DNA from: Sulfolobales archaeon | Lineage (GTDB): Archaea; Thermoproteota; Thermoprotei_A; Sulfolobales; NBVN01 | NCBI GenBank assembly: GCA_038841535.1 | Contig: JAWBTQ010000006.1 | Location: 1 to 64,000 of the forward strand | Length of the DNA stretch: 64,000 bases | Direction: 5' to 3' | In this document: positions 19,029-28,931 of the stretch, piece by piece | Layout: each line of letters starts with the position of its first letter | How positions within the stretch are numbered: the first letter of the stretch is position 1 | The notes under the pieces: model-generated | The model's input: the letters and a program-made list of their open reading frames with translations, nothing else | Told to the model about the DNA's origin: nothing | Databases searched by the model: none | Program-made: the position numbers and the translations under genes

Positions 19029-20228
19029 TTAGGACCTAATATCATCAAAAGTTAGTATTACGATACCAGTAGGTTTCTTGCTTATAGCTCCTATCCTAGC
19101 ACCAATCAACATATTAACACCTTTAGCTGAAGCTATGTCTAGCAGTCTCTGAGTTATGACGCCGTCCATGACTACTGCGTAAGCATCCTTAATCTCATCA
19201 CTAATGAGCTTGTCTACTAAGTCTTTTACTGGTACCCTCAAAGTTTCGTTCCAATTCTTATCGTACACTACACTCTCTAGAGTACCTCTTAAGGATTCCA
19301 CGGTTTTTATTAGTGATTCGGGAACAGTTATTTCGCTGATTGCTTCTGCCTCCGGAACTGTGACGGCTGGGAGCGCTTTGATTTCCTCCTCCACTCTTTC
19401 AGCAGCTTCTTTCGCAATATGCTGCAAGTATGCCTCTAAAGGTGTTGCGTTTTTTAAAGCTTTAGCTATCTCTTTTCCAGTCAGCTCCTCAACTTCCCTA
19501 CCTGGTGGAGCTCTGGCCACCATGTCTATTTTAGCTACACGTGCTAACTCCTTGAGGATCATGTCACCAGCTCTATCGCCATCAAGAAACGCTATAGTCT
19601 TTTTAGATTGAGATAACCTTATTATGGTCTCTGGGATCTCGCCCTTAGCGCCCTCAAGTGCAACGACGTTTTTATAGCCATACTTAAGGAGGTTTATGAC
19701 GTCAGCTCTTCCTTCAACTACTACTAAGGTGTCGGATTTTTCGACATCGGGTCCTGCTGGAAGTCTTTCCGGTCCGTAATATATCAACTCAGCGGTCTTA
19801 ACCGAGGATTCTATCTCTTGGAGTACCTCTTTAACGTCTACTTCCTTTTCCTTGATCATAGTTTGCATTATTTCCTTAGCTCGCTCGACAATTCTCTTGA
19901 TCTTCTCTTTTCGTACGTCAACTATGTCTACTACCTTAATCTTAGCGTTAAAAGGACCAACTTTATCTACGAACTCGAGCATTGCTGCTACAAGAGCTGT
20001 CTCAACTCGGTCTAAGTTTGAGGGAAGAAGTATCTCTCCAACAATCTTAGACCCCTGCTGCTTCGTCTCGACAGAGATCCTGCCAATCCTCCCTTTCTCC
20101 TGCAGATCCCTAAGGTCCAGCTCGGAACCAAACAGTCCCTCAGTTTGACCAAAGATAGCTCCTATGATGTCGTGCTTATCTACTACACCATCTACCTCCA
20201 CTTTAGCCCTCACTACATACTTTACCAT
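19029..20228 (-). CDS. dnaG: archaeal DnaG (exosome-associated TOPRIM protein)
   Basis: DIIGAIFGQTEGL, VVEGRADV, FLDGDRAG and DGVITQRL. Confidence 0.97.
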   Translation of the reverse strand: MVKYVVRAKVEVDGVVDKHDIIGAIFGQTEGLFGSELDLRDLQEKGRIGRISVETKQQGSKIVGEILLPSNLDRVETALVAAMLEFVDKVGPFNAKIKVVDIVDVRKEKIKRIVERAKEIMQTMIKEKEVDVKEVLQEIESSVKTAELIYYGPERLPAGPDVEKSDTLVVVEGRADVINLLKYGYKNVVALEGAKGEIPETIIRLSQSKKTIAFLDGDRAGDMILKELARVAKIDMVARAPPGREVEELTGKEIAKALKNATPLEAYLQHIAKEAAERVEEEIKALPAVTVPEAEAISEITVPESLIKTVESLRGTLESVVYDKNWNETLRVPVKDLVDKLISDEIKDAYAVVMDGVITQRLLDIASAKGVNMLIGARIGAISKKPTGIVILTFDDIRS

Positions 20229-20285
20229 TAGGTTAGCACCCAGTCTAACTGTTACTTATCACTACGATAACATTCTGCTAGCTAG

Positions 20286-20846
20286 TTAAAAGTGCGTTGT
20301 ATTGATTGAACTACGAGTTTTCGCCCCCAGAGTCGAGAAAGGAAGTCGTTTGTTACGTGAGCGGTCGAAGAACTTGAATTCGATCTCTCCGCTTCTAGTA
20401 ACACACCAAACGAAATCTCCCTCGGTCTTAAGAAGCCTCACTGCTAACTCCTTAACATACTCGAGATCCGTACGACTTACCGCTAACTTAGAACCAGACT
20501 CAGAACATACTATCTTCTGCAGACCGTACCTACACCTCAGCTCTCCCTGGCAATAAACACACTGAACATCGATATAACCCGGTAATAACCCTATGTAGTA
20601 ACCCTGGGAGGCCTCAAAGTAAGAGCAACCTTGGGGAAACTGGTTCGGAAGACCTTCAGAGATTTTAACACCACTAAATAGACACTCCCAGGGTTCCTCC
20701 TCTACCTCGGTTTCGCAAAGACGTTTGATTAAGTCTACTATTGATCTGTTTACGCATGTCTCTACGTAAGTAAAAGCTATAGTTCCAGAACTACAGTAAC
20801 TTATTACTACATTAGCCACATTACTCGCTTGTTCCTGAGGACTCAT
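20286..20846 (-). CDS. Cys-rich hypothetical protein
   Basis: 186 aa ORF with 10 Cys, co-oriented directly upstream of dnaG, GAGG upstream of the ATG. Confidence 0.6.
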   Translation of the reverse strand: MSPQEQASNVANVVISYCSSGTIAFTYVETCVNRSIVDLIKRLCETEVEEEPWECLFSGVKISEGLPNQFPQGCSYFEASQGYYIGLLPGYIDVQCVYCQGELRCRYGLQKIVCSESGSKLAVSRTDLEYVKELAVRLLKTEGDFVWCVTRSGEIEFKFFDRSRNKRLPFSTLGAKTRSSINTTHF

Positions 20847-21317
20847 TACTGTTGTACCTCACTTTCTTGAGTCCAAGTACATCCACATCACCTACGTGTT
20901 AGGGGAAATATCTATTTGTTTGAGTATAGCTCAGTCAGTTTTGTAGATATTTTATGTAGGCGAGGGATTTGGGAAACTCTACGGTGGTTATGTGGAAATA
21001 CTTAAAGTGTTTAAGAGAACGGACCGCGTCTCAAGGTGTAGTCCACGCGTCGTTAAGCTCGATTAGCGTCAATGACCTCTGTGTAGAGTAGCTAGCAGCT
21101 ACGGTAAACTGTAAGATCGAAATACACCCCGTCCTAGCGGAACCTATAGACATAGAGAGGAGAAAAAGTCGTAAGTGGTAGCCGAATTCGGCTAGAGTAA
21201 GGCTCTTATTACTAATCACTAACCTTAGTTCTGAGTAAGTTAAGCTTTATCACTAAAACAAGATATGGCAGAAAATTACTAAACTAATGCACCTACTAAC
21301 ATATGCCTTAAGCAACT

Positions 21318-21586
21318 GTTCCGGGTTTCGTGATGGTTTGTGTTGCTTAATAGATGCTGCGGAAACTCTTATGAGTGCTTCCGCATGGATTAGTGTAGAG
21401 GCTACTCAATGAGGGAGCGGGAGCCACGTAGATGAGGTGCGGGCTCTCCCCGAGGGCAACCACCAGATGTGGGGTGCCCGGGGTTACCCTGAACGTCCTC
21501 AAGCCCGATGAGGTCCCGAGCGGAATGCGGGGGAACAGAGATAGGGCAATGAAATAGATCCATATAAACCATCATGAGAGCTGAAC
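21318..21586 (+). mobile_element. non-autonomous TnpB-derived mini-element, copy 2 (promoter + omega/reRNA-like scaffold)
   Basis: Shares GGGCTCTCCCCGAG, AGATGTGGGGTGCCCGGGGT, CCCTGAACG, ATGCGGGGGAACAGA, ATATAAACC and AGAGCTGAACC with copy 1. Imperfect terminal inverted repeats include TGATGGTTT/AAACCATCA. Confidence 0.82.
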
Positions 21587-21844
21587 CTCTGAAGACACCT
21601 GAACCTATTCTACACTTAAGAAGAGTTCTTTAGTAAGCTGGATGCCTGGAGTTAGTGCTTTTAACTCGAAAACTCCGGTAGAGCTATAGCGAGCTAATCC
21701 CGGGGGGCTTAAAGTGGTGGGCTAAGCTTAGGATCTCTAATCATTTAATAGCCTCAAGAGCGATCTACCTCTATGTTGCTAGCTGGGACTCTGCTTCTTT
21801 TAGATTAAATTGAGCGCTTAGGCTATAGATACGGGTTCAACTCC

Positions 21845-22687
21845 TTGAAAAAGGTGGTAGTAGCCTATAGCACCTTAGATGTGGCTGGTCGCGGTATTGC
21901 AACGAAATTAGCTAATTTAGCTGGTTGCCGAAACACTACCGTGAGAGAGATTCCCGAAGCTTGTATTGCTGAAATAGGTGATAGTGAAGTAGTAATCGCA
22001 GGGTTTAATGAGGATGTGCTGTATTTTAACTTCTTGGATGAATTACTTGAAGCCAGTTACTATGTTATAGTATCAAGGCATAGCGCTACCTCAGGAATAA
22101 AGTCTCTCACTGTTCACCACACCGGAAATCCATCAAATAAAGCCGAGTACGGGGGTAGACCACGGGAGCTAGCTATAGCTAATCCACCAATAGCATTTTC
22201 GATACTGAAAGAACTAAGCAAGCTATCTATAAGCCACAGAATCGAGGACACTGAAATAACCTATGAAGTCACTCATCACGGACCAACAGAGGTTAGAAAG
22301 CCTCTGACTTTTGCCGAAATAGGTTCCTCGATTAATGAGTGGTCGAACGAGCTATACCAGGAAGTTCTAGCTAAGGCCGTTTATAGAGCTATTGCTGAAC
22401 CTCAGTCTATCTGCACTTCCTCAGTAGGTATAGGGGGAGGTCACTACGCACACCAGTTCACTCAGAGAGCTTTTAATCAAAGCGAGTGCTACGGCCACAT
22501 AATATCGAGACACGCTATAAAAGACCTCCGAGAGTCCCCAGAGTTATTGGAGTCTATACTGAGGCAAGCCATAGTGAGGTCGAGTACTCAAACCAGGAGG
22601 ATCGTTTTAGAAGGAAAGGTGCCGGGATACGTAAAGCAGGTTGCTAACTCTATCGCGGGCGATTACGGCTTAGATGTTACTGAATAG
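21845..22687 (+). CDS. dtdA: D-aminoacyl-tRNA deacylase (DTD2)
   Basis: SRHSA, LTVHHTGN, EVTHHGPT, AEIGS and GGGHY. Confidence 0.95.
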   Translation: MKKVVVAYSTLDVAGRGIATKLANLAGCRNTTVREIPEACIAEIGDSEVVIAGFNEDVLYFNFLDELLEASYYVIVSRHSATSGIKSLTVHHTGNPSNKAEYGGRPRELAIANPPIAFSILKELSKLSISHRIEDTEITYEVTHHGPTEVRKPLTFAEIGSSINEWSNELYQEVLAKAVYRAIAEPQSICTSSVGIGGGHYAHQFTQRAFNQSECYGHIISRHAIKDLRESPELLESILRQAIVRSSTQTRRIVLEGKVPGYVKQVANSIAGDYGLDVTE

Positions 22688-22726
22688 CAAAGCTATTACC
22701 TCGTAAAAAACAACATACTGGTAGCA

Positions 22727-23371
22727 GTGTCGATGAGTAAGGAATCGATGTGGGGTGAAATAAGAGCAGAGATCTCTGTGTGCGTTAAGTGCTCACTATC
22801 TAGATCAAGAACTAGAGTTGTCCCAGGTGAAGGAAATCTCTTCTCTAATGTGATGCTCTTAGGAGAAGCGCCCGGGAGAAACGAGGACGAAGAGGGGAGG
22901 CCGTTCGTAGGAGCTGCTGGCAGACTCCTCGATAAACTAATTGAAGGAGCAGGCTTTAAACGCGAGGACCTATTTATAACTAACGTAGTTAAATGTAGAC
23001 CTCCAAACAACAGGGAACCCAAGCTAGATGAGCTAGTGACATGCTCGTACTTTACTGACAGAATAATCGCAATAGTTGATCCCAGAACTATCGTTGCGCT
23101 CGGCAATTATGCTGGCTACTACCTATTCGAGCTTAAAGGAGGTACCAAGTGGGCAGGTGTTACAAAAACGAGAGGTAGAGTATACAGGCTACCTATTCTT
23201 GGAGCTCAAAGAGCAGTGATACCAACGTATCATCCCGCTGCTGCTCTATACAACCCGCAACTATACGAAGCTATCCGAGCAGACTTCGAGTTACTTAAAA
23301 CTGTGGCGAGTGTAGGTAAAGGTTTAGAAGGATTACTTAAGTTCACTAAAAGTCGTGGTGGAGTGAGTTGA
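22727..23371 (+). CDS. family 4 uracil-DNA glycosylase
   Basis: CVKC, GEAPG, GRPFVG, NVVKCRPPNNR and YHPAA. Confidence 0.95.
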   Translation: MSMSKESMWGEIRAEISVCVKCSLSRSRTRVVPGEGNLFSNVMLLGEAPGRNEDEEGRPFVGAAGRLLDKLIEGAGFKREDLFITNVVKCRPPNNREPKLDELVTCSYFTDRIIAIVDPRTIVALGNYAGYYLFELKGGTKWAGVTKTRGRVYRLPILGAQRAVIPTYHPAAALYNPQLYEAIRADFELLKTVASVGKGLEGLLKFTKSRGGVS

Positions 23372-23838
23372 GTCAGGACAAGATATCGAAATACTTAGAG
23401 AACCGAATTAGGGAAATTGAGAAGAAGATTAAGGAGTTATCGGAAGAACTAGAGATACTGAAGCAGATAGCTTCAGCTTTCCCCGGCTCGAAGCAAGGAG
23501 TGGTGCAGCAAGTCCACAGTGAAGAAGCTAAAGTAGCTCAGCAGGAGAAAATTAAGGTGATTTATGCCGAGGACGAGATAATCGCTAACGAGATAGTGGC
23601 AGACAATATGGTTAAAATAGTTCTCAGGGGTGGGATAAGGTCCGAGGACGAGATAGTAGTAAACTTCTTGCTCAAAATCCTAGAGGAATTGAAGGGAAGA
23701 AAGGACTTAGACGACTTCAAACTTAAGGAAAGTGGAGGGTATATAACTCAAATAGACTTACTCAACCCAACGTCTATAGCAATAAGGCAAGTCGAGATAG
23801 CACTAAGATACGTGTGGAGTAAGCATTCTTCGGGTTAG
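23368..23838 (+). CDS. hypothetical protein with an N-terminal coiled coil
   Basis: 4-nt overlap with the UDG stop; heptad pattern LENRIREIEKKIKELSEEL. Confidence 0.75.
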   Translation: MSQDKISKYLENRIREIEKKIKELSEELEILKQIASAFPGSKQGVVQQVHSEEAKVAQQEKIKVIYAEDEIIANEIVADNMVKIVLRGGIRSEDEIVVNFLLKILEELKGRKDLDDFKLKESGGYITQIDLLNPTSIAIRQVEIALRYVWSKHSSG

Positions 23839-23854
23839 CTGGCTTCATCGTATA

Positions 23855-25204
23855 CTAAGAAACTGAGAGCTCTCTATCTTTTCTGGCGACTACATATGTT
23901 GCTACCAGCGATAACAGTACAGCAGGGAGTGACGCGACTGTTACTGCTTCCCCTGTATGTGGACCGGTTAAGACTATGGCAAAATCGAATGCTGAAGGAA
24001 CTTTGCTGACTTTGATAGCTCTTCCTTCGAGTGAAACCTGAATTACCTGCGTATACATGCGACCTTCAGCTAATCTCGCAACTCCCCTCTCGTCGTACAT
24101 CGCCCTAGCGTACAGAACCACAGGCACGCTTTCACTTATATACCTCCCGAAGGCCTCAGTCCGAATTTCAACATCCCCTGAAAGAGGGTTTTGCGAAGAG
24201 TCTACTGATTTACCCGACAGCTCAGGGTTTACGAGAAACCCTATTTTAAGCAGCCTTAGCAATACTATGTCCGTATAAACGTATTCAAACCCGCTGTAGC
24301 CATAGCCTGTATCAGTAACCATCTTCAATAACATGGTGTCTGAATACCCATTTATCTTCACGCTTCCCGCATAAACTACTACGAGATTAGCGTCTGTACT
24401 AAAGGAGTAGTAAAACATAGTCGCTGCAGTTGCTACTATTAACAATATCAATATGGCCTTCGTGAAAAACCCCAGACCTTCTCGGTATACTCTAAAAACT
24501 ATGTATCTAAAGAAGAACCCCTCTCTAAATGCTCTTAACTCTAAGACTTTACTTCTACCGAGAATCCAAGCCATAGCTATACCTGTAATAAAGCCTCCTG
24601 CGTGTGCGAAGAAAGCGACCCCACCTATCCTCATATACCCGTACAATACCTGCATAGCAAACCAGAAAACCAAGTATATAGACGCTCTAAGGGTAAAGCA
24701 CGCCGGCAGAAACAATAGTGGAAAGCACGCAACAAGTGAAGTCCCGGGAAAGAACATTAGATAAGCCCCTAAAACACCACTAATAGCTCCCGAAGCCCCG
24801 ACTGCTGGGATATCTATAGCCTCCAACCCAGATATAGAAATGGAGGCAGTGTGAAATAGCGCTGCTCCAATTCCAGAGACTATGTACAGAAGTAGAAATC
24901 TGCGAGAACCAACTAAGTCCTCGACTCCTTTACCAAAGACGTACAGAAAGTACATGTTGAAGACTATGTGTAGCAGGTCAGCATGAATAAACATCGATGT
25001 AAACATTCTAACGACTCCCTCGTATGAGAGAAGAAGAGCTGGGATGTAGCCTAACTTGTAGATATAGCTTGGCAATGTACTAGTGAAGTACGTTGTAGAC
25101 GAAGTCACTATATAGACAACTGTATTTAGAGCTATTATAGCGATAGTCATCAAGGGCGTGCGCCTCGGCACCGCACCCCCAAAGACATAGCCCACGGCTA
25201 GCAC
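23855..25204 (-). CDS. rhomboid family intramembrane serine protease with a C-terminal extension
   Basis: FTSMFIHA, HIVFNM, VGASGAISG and AHAGG. Confidence 0.93.
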   Translation of the reverse strand: MLAVGYVFGGAVPRRTPLMTIAIIALNTVVYIVTSSTTYFTSTLPSYIYKLGYIPALLLSYEGVVRMFTSMFIHADLLHIVFNMYFLYVFGKGVEDLVGSRRFLLLYIVSGIGAALFHTASISISGLEAIDIPAVGASGAISGVLGAYLMFFPGTSLVACFPLLFLPACFTLRASIYLVFWFAMQVLYGYMRIGGVAFFAHAGGFITGIAMAWILGRSKVLELRAFREGFFFRYIVFRVYREGLGFFTKAILILLIVATAATMFYYSFSTDANLVVVYAGSVKINGYSDTMLLKMVTDTGYGYSGFEYVYTDIVLLRLLKIGFLVNPELSGKSVDSSQNPLSGDVEIRTEAFGRYISESVPVVLYARAMYDERGVARLAEGRMYTQVIQVSLEGRAIKVSKVPSAFDFAIVLTGPHTGEAVTVASLPAVLLSLVATYVVARKDRELSVS

Positions 25205-25315
25205 CGTAGCTTAGTATTGCTTAGATATATATATGAGAAGCGGGAAACTGTACCATCGCGCCTCAGGCTAGAGATTTGGGAAGATCGAGCACTACGAATC
25301 CGATAACTAGCTAAG

Positions 25316-25585
25316 CTATATCTCAATCTCTCCCCGCCTGAAGGCGTCGATAACGTTTTTAGAAACGGTATAGCATCCTATACCCCGCTTGATCAAGCCT
25401 AAAGACACTAGTTTAGCTAATATCTTAGATGGGTTCTTTATTCCCATAGCTCTTAGCTCTCTGGAGACAAGTATCTCTCCAACAGACCTATACCTAAGGA
25501 AATACCTTAGAGTTGCGAGCTCTTCGTCACTCAAGCTCTTGAGAATGGCTGGTAGGTTGTCTCCACTTTGAGTTTCTTGAGTCAA
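25316..25585 (-). CDS. small winged-helix protein
   Basis: YFLRYRSVGEIL..REL..GIKNP..IL.KLVSLGLIKRGIGCY. Confidence 0.7.
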   Translation of the reverse strand: MTQETQSGDNLPAILKSLSDEELATLRYFLRYRSVGEILVSRELRAMGIKNPSKILAKLVSLGLIKRGIGCYTVSKNVIDAFRRGEIEI

Positions 25586-25595
25586 CAGGTTCCAC

Positions 25596-26567
25596 CTAGT
25601 AGTAGTACGTGTTAACGTAGTTATGCTCTACTATCTTAGAAGCGTTTCCAAGGCTTGCGCAAACTGAAGACAGGGGACAGAAGTTCGACCTCTCACAAGC
25701 CGGGTTTTCTCTAGTACAGTACTTTCTACCGAAAGCCCACAGAAAGTCGTCGAGATAGTCTGGTCTGATACATGAGATCCTGGAAACGTAATTGTAAGCT
25801 CTTCTTACAGCCATTCTCAACTCTATATCCTCTTCATACGTAAACTCAGACCTACTCGAGACTTTACGCATCAGATGGTCATCGAGCTTAACTAGCTTTA
25901 ATCTTAGTGCTACCCTAGTTAAGTGGTTATCCACTGGTACTTCTATGTTGTGAGTGTCAACAACTTTGATGAGACCCCTTCTTAGAGCGAACTTTATAAA
26001 GAGAAATTGCTTTTTCTCGACAGGGTCTGAATATGCCTTAAACACTTTAAGTAAGTTCCCGAGTCCGTAAGTCGTGGGGTGCCTTATGTAACCTCTAGAA
26101 ACCCTAACTAGCTCGGATACTGACCCCCTAAAGTATTTAATGAGCTTTATACCCGCATCGCGAAGTAGTTCTGCTCGGACATCGGGATCCCAGATACTCT
26201 CCCCGCTTTGAGTTCGCAACCACTTCGTAACTTCTTCTAGCGATATCGCCGCCATTCTATCAGGGTTAAAGTAGTCTGGATCCTCTCTGTACCTTAAGAC
26301 CCCTAGGTGATAGAGTAAGTCGGCCCCATGATAGCTTTCTCCACCTATGCGCATCTCGAAAGGCTTTAACCTTGAGGTCCTATGATCTATAGCTACCATA
26401 AAGAAAAAGTACCTAAGGACTTTTTCTACCTCTTCATTCTTCGGGGGATAGAAGTGGGGGTCAGTAAAGTCTTCTATTGCTTTAACAACTTCAGTAAAGG
26501 ATTCCCTTATTGCTCTAGCCACCACCGAGATTCTGCTAAAAGACAGCTCTAGAGGCAGCCTCAACAC
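25596..26567 (-). CDS. HhH-GPD/queuosine-salvage-like glycosylase fold protein with a C-terminal 4Fe-4S loop
   Basis: DPVEKK, VPVDNHLTRVALRL, LDDFLWAFGR and C-x6-C-x5-C-x5-C. Confidence 0.7.
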   Translation of the reverse strand: MLRLPLELSFSRISVVARAIRESFTEVVKAIEDFTDPHFYPPKNEEVEKVLRYFFFMVAIDHRTSRLKPFEMRIGGESYHGADLLYHLGVLRYREDPDYFNPDRMAAISLEEVTKWLRTQSGESIWDPDVRAELLRDAGIKLIKYFRGSVSELVRVSRGYIRHPTTYGLGNLLKVFKAYSDPVEKKQFLFIKFALRRGLIKVVDTHNIEVPVDNHLTRVALRLKLVKLDDHLMRKVSSRSEFTYEEDIELRMAVRRAYNYVSRISCIRPDYLDDFLWAFGRKYCTRENPACERSNFCPLSSVCASLGNASKIVEHNYVNTYYY

Positions 26568-26637
26568 CGCTGTAAACTAGTTGTAGCCGTTATAAGAGTT
26601 CTTCGAACATCAGTATGTAGAATTCGAGTTCCTACGA

Positions 26638-27480
26638 GTGCTGAGAAAAATATACCTCAAATCTAATTTAGTTGTTCAAAGTTTATTCATACTGTTGGGG
26701 AGAATGTTGAGACCGTATATAGTAAGGTTCGTATCTCAGAAGTCAGGTGTAGGTAAAACTTTCGTAGCATCCAGCGTAGTAGAGGCTTTAGTAAAGGCTG
26801 GCTATAGTGTGGCGGTTGTTAAGCACTCAGCAAGCGGTATAAGTCTCGAAGAAAAAGATAGTGCGCGCTACCTTAGGGCTGGAGCTATGGAAGTCGTGGT
26901 AGCAAGTAAAGAACTAGTCCTACTGTATAGCAAAACATTAACAGACGACCTTAATGAGATAACTAGCTATATCTCTAGACCCCTAATTGTGGTAGAGGGG
27001 TTTAAAGATGCGCATATAGGTGATAGCGTAGTAGTAGCTGATTTCGTGGAGGAAGCAACCAGAATTATCAGCAATGACACTATTGCCATAGTTTTAAGTA
27101 GAGAACCTTTAAACCCGGAACTGGGGGAAGGTATTAAAGTACCTGTTTTCTCTAGCAATCAGATAAGTTCACTAGCTGACCTAATAATAAGAAGATCGAT
27201 AGAGCACTTCACGTCTCAACTTCCAGGTTTGAATTGTGGTGCCTGCGGCTATAACTACTGCAGAACTTTAGCCATGAAAATACTTAAGGGTGTGAAAGTA
27301 GCTTGCCCTATTACGCTTAATGTAAAACTCACTGTTAACGGTCAAGAAGTACATCTAAACCCCTTCGTAAAGAACGTGATAAGCTCGGTAGTTGAAGGAC
27401 TACTGAATTCTCTTAAAGGTATACCTGCTGACGTAAAGCGCATTACACTAGAGGTAGACAAAACAGCGCGTACGAGTTAA
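26638..27480 (+). CDS. mobB: molybdopterin-guanine dinucleotide biosynthesis protein B with an Fe-S domain
   Basis: KSGVGKT, VAVVKH, VEGFK and LNCGACGYNYC. Confidence 0.88.
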   Translation: MLRKIYLKSNLVVQSLFILLGRMLRPYIVRFVSQKSGVGKTFVASSVVEALVKAGYSVAVVKHSASGISLEEKDSARYLRAGAMEVVVASKELVLLYSKTLTDDLNEITSYISRPLIVVEGFKDAHIGDSVVVADFVEEATRIISNDTIAIVLSREPLNPELGEGIKVPVFSSNQISSLADLIIRRSIEHFTSQLPGLNCGACGYNYCRTLAMKILKGVKVACPITLNVKLTVNGQEVHLNPFVKNVISSVVEGLLNSLKGIPADVKRITLEVDKTARTS

Positions 27481-27563
27481 GTGAGGTAGCGTAGCTTAAC
27501 TAATACGTGGTACTCGAACCACAATTATTCCATACCTCCTGCTTGAAAATCCCGTGTAACCAG

Positions 27564-28352
27564 CTAAGGGTAGACTCTTATTTCTTTATCACCTACCTTC
27601 ATAAGTACCTCAAAGTACTCGGCAATCTTTGTAGACACTATCTTGGGTTTGAGGACGGCCTCTATCTGGAAGAGACCAGCAAAATTATCCATCGTGACTT
27701 CGATAGATACTGGTCTATAAACACCGGTTAGTATATCTACTCTCTTGATGCTTAAGGCGGATACAGAATGCATATCTATCTTACCAAGCTTGTAGGGTAT
27801 TCTAGCTCTTCCTTCCGCCATATCTGTTCCGTCCGCAACCTTGACAACTCCTGCTTCAACCGTTAAAGCCTGGGTATTCGTTTCCGTAGCGTATATCGAG
27901 TGCAAGATCTCCTGCCTAATCATCCTCCTTCTTTTTCCTTCAATGCTAGGCATAACGTCGATCAACATTCTGTCAACTATGTCTTTGGCAAGCAGTGAAC
28001 CTACAAACTCGTGATTTACTCTGTGTACGGCATTTCCTATGTCGTGTAGATAAGCTGATGCGAGAACTATGACCATGCTCTCCTCCAAGTTCTTAGTGAT
28101 GCCGAACTCGATAGACGTAGGTTTAACTCCAGATTTAATGAGTAGGTCGAGTATCTCAAGAGCTGCACCACTCACTATCCTAGAATGTACTGCTCCATGA
28201 TCATTGTATCTGAGCCTACCGACTGCCATAATGTTAGCCATATCAACGAGGCTCTGTACTTCTTCATCTGACTCTAAAAACTCGTATATCTTCCTTAAGG
28301 TGTTATAACTCTCAATAAACTTTCTTACTAGCCCTGGACTGACTACCACCAT
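27564..28352 (-). CDS. HD-domain phosphohydrolase
   Basis: YNDHGAVH, LHDIGN and VADGTDM. Confidence 0.92.
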   Translation of the reverse strand: MVVVSPGLVRKFIESYNTLRKIYEFLESDEEVQSLVDMANIMAVGRLRYNDHGAVHSRIVSGAALEILDLLIKSGVKPTSIEFGITKNLEESMVIVLASAYLHDIGNAVHRVNHEFVGSLLAKDIVDRMLIDVMPSIEGKRRRMIRQEILHSIYATETNTQALTVEAGVVKVADGTDMAEGRARIPYKLGKIDMHSVSALSIKRVDILTGVYRPVSIEVTMDNFAGLFQIEAVLKPKIVSTKIAEYFEVLMKVGDKEIRVYP

Positions 28353-28390
28353 ATGCTATTCCTCTCTCCCAACGACACACCAGGTAGGAG

Positions 28391-28481
28391 TGGGGCCGCC
28401 GGGATTTGAACCCGGGACCACCAGCGTACTGGCGGGGGATGTCCCCAGGCTGGCATCCTAGCCAAGCTAGACGACGGCCCC
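28391..28481 (-). tRNA. tRNA-Pro(GGG) with a 16-nt intron at 37/38 (28427-28442); CCA not encoded
   Basis: Acceptor GGGGCCG/CGGCCCC, T-loop TTCAAAT, anticodon stem CCAGC/GCTGG. BHB central helix CUGG:CCAG with 3-nt bulges. Confidence 0.95.
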
Positions 28482-28931
28482 GTACTTAACTAACTCGAAG
28501 GATATTTTAAATTTTAGTTTACTAGTAGCATCACTACTAGAGCAACATAAACCAATACATTCTCCTATTGCTGCAGTGGTCAGTTTTTCTACAGTGCGCA
28601 GCAGGTTGAATTCGTAGTTTACTTATGTGAATTCTTAGCTATCACTTTTTCAGTGTTTACTAGAACAATGCTCACAAAAGTCCATCTGAAGTAAGGTGTG
28701 TGCTCCCTACTCTTCTCAGTGCTAGCTCTACCGACGTAAGCACGCATGCGGTCACGGAGCACTTGTTCCATACTCAGCGGTAGGTCCACCTCCTATTTGC
28801 TCTCATGTGTTTCGCTAGTGTTAGCCCCAGATCGCTATTCTCGATACCCTACGGAAAGCAGTTAGAGCAGTTATAGAGCTGAAGCCTACTGTTACAAGGA
28901 GTTTAATAGCGTTTGAGCTTACTTTGTTTCG

